Positions 63,708-64,000 of a stretch of 64,000 bases of DNA are shown here, piece after piece; the stretch's first letter is position 1, and each line of letters begins with the position of its first letter. The position numbers were made by a program, and so were the translations under genes. The notes beneath the pieces are model-generated. The model had not been told where the DNA came from. It saw only the letters and a list, made by a program, of their open reading frames with translations, and ran no database searches. The stretch covers positions 91,846 through 155,845 of the IMG/VR virus record IMGVR_UViG_3300021431_000081; one strand, written 5' to 3'. The stretch comes from a virus. Taxonomy: Duplodnaviria > Caudoviricetes.

Positions 63708-64000
63708 ATGGCTTATAAAACATGTGTTATCTGTGGGGAGAAGATTCTCCCCACAGAAACTTCAGTACCTTATAAAGGTAGATTTGTACATAGTCGTTGC
63801 TTTAACAAAACAATGAAAGCAATGACACAAAATAAACAAAAACAGCTTGCGGAATCAAGTAAAAAACCAAAAAAATCGACAGCTAAAACAAAAACTGAAT
63901 TGAAAGATGGCATGTCTGAAGAAGAGTATGCTAAGAAAAAGCAGTTTTTTGATTATCTTAAAGAAATAGCAGATGAGGAACATTTAAGATCGGAAGAGCA
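63708..64000 (+). CDS. Zn-finger protein (YorH-like), partial
   Basis: MAYKTCVICG...HSRC; open to the window end. Confidence 0.6.
   Translation, partial: MAYKTCVICGEKILPTETSVPYKGRFVHSRCFNKTMKAMTQNKQKQLAESSKKPKKSTAKTKTELKDGMSEEEYAKKKQFFDYLKEIADEEHLRSEE

Noticed and set aside
1-64000. Genome-wide stop-codon reassignment
   Set aside because: TAA, TAG and TGA all end genes with normal packing; only one internal TAA was seen and no clear suppressor tRNA (the 49344 loop places CTA off-register)

Overview
The window is part of a large AT-rich tailed phage genome, probably of a Clostridia/Lachnospiraceae-type host. Its gene order follows Bacillus phage SPbeta. The minus strand (1-21.3 kb) holds the late/head module: partial major capsid, head accessory protein, protease/scaffold, portal, TerL split by a 281-nt group I intron in its HDD motif, a putative TerS, YonJ/YonK-like genes, a six-gene cassette of unknown function, HU, a YonO-type single-subunit RNA polymerase and two tRNAs. 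After a ~1 kb non-coding strand switch, the plus strand (22.3-64 kb) carries many small early genes (RadC, DUF932, GP88-like, ParB-like), an SPbeta-like lysogeny module (tyrosine recombinase, DUF262, DGQHR, MrpR-like), a ~9 kb tRNA/ncRNA island, a Zn-ribbon gene array and the start of the replication module. The most notable element is in the RNA island: a Ro60/TROVE gene accompanied by five covarying Y-RNA-like modules (stem-AGCGG-stem-ACUUC ... stem-AWUAUUC-stem). Three carry tRNA anticodon stem-loops (Ser-GCU, Ser-UGA, Lys-UUU) and one is circularly permuted into a tRNA body. A second family of three tRNA-framed RNAs with variable cargo lies nearby. All family assignments come from motif recognition and synteny by eye; no searches were run.
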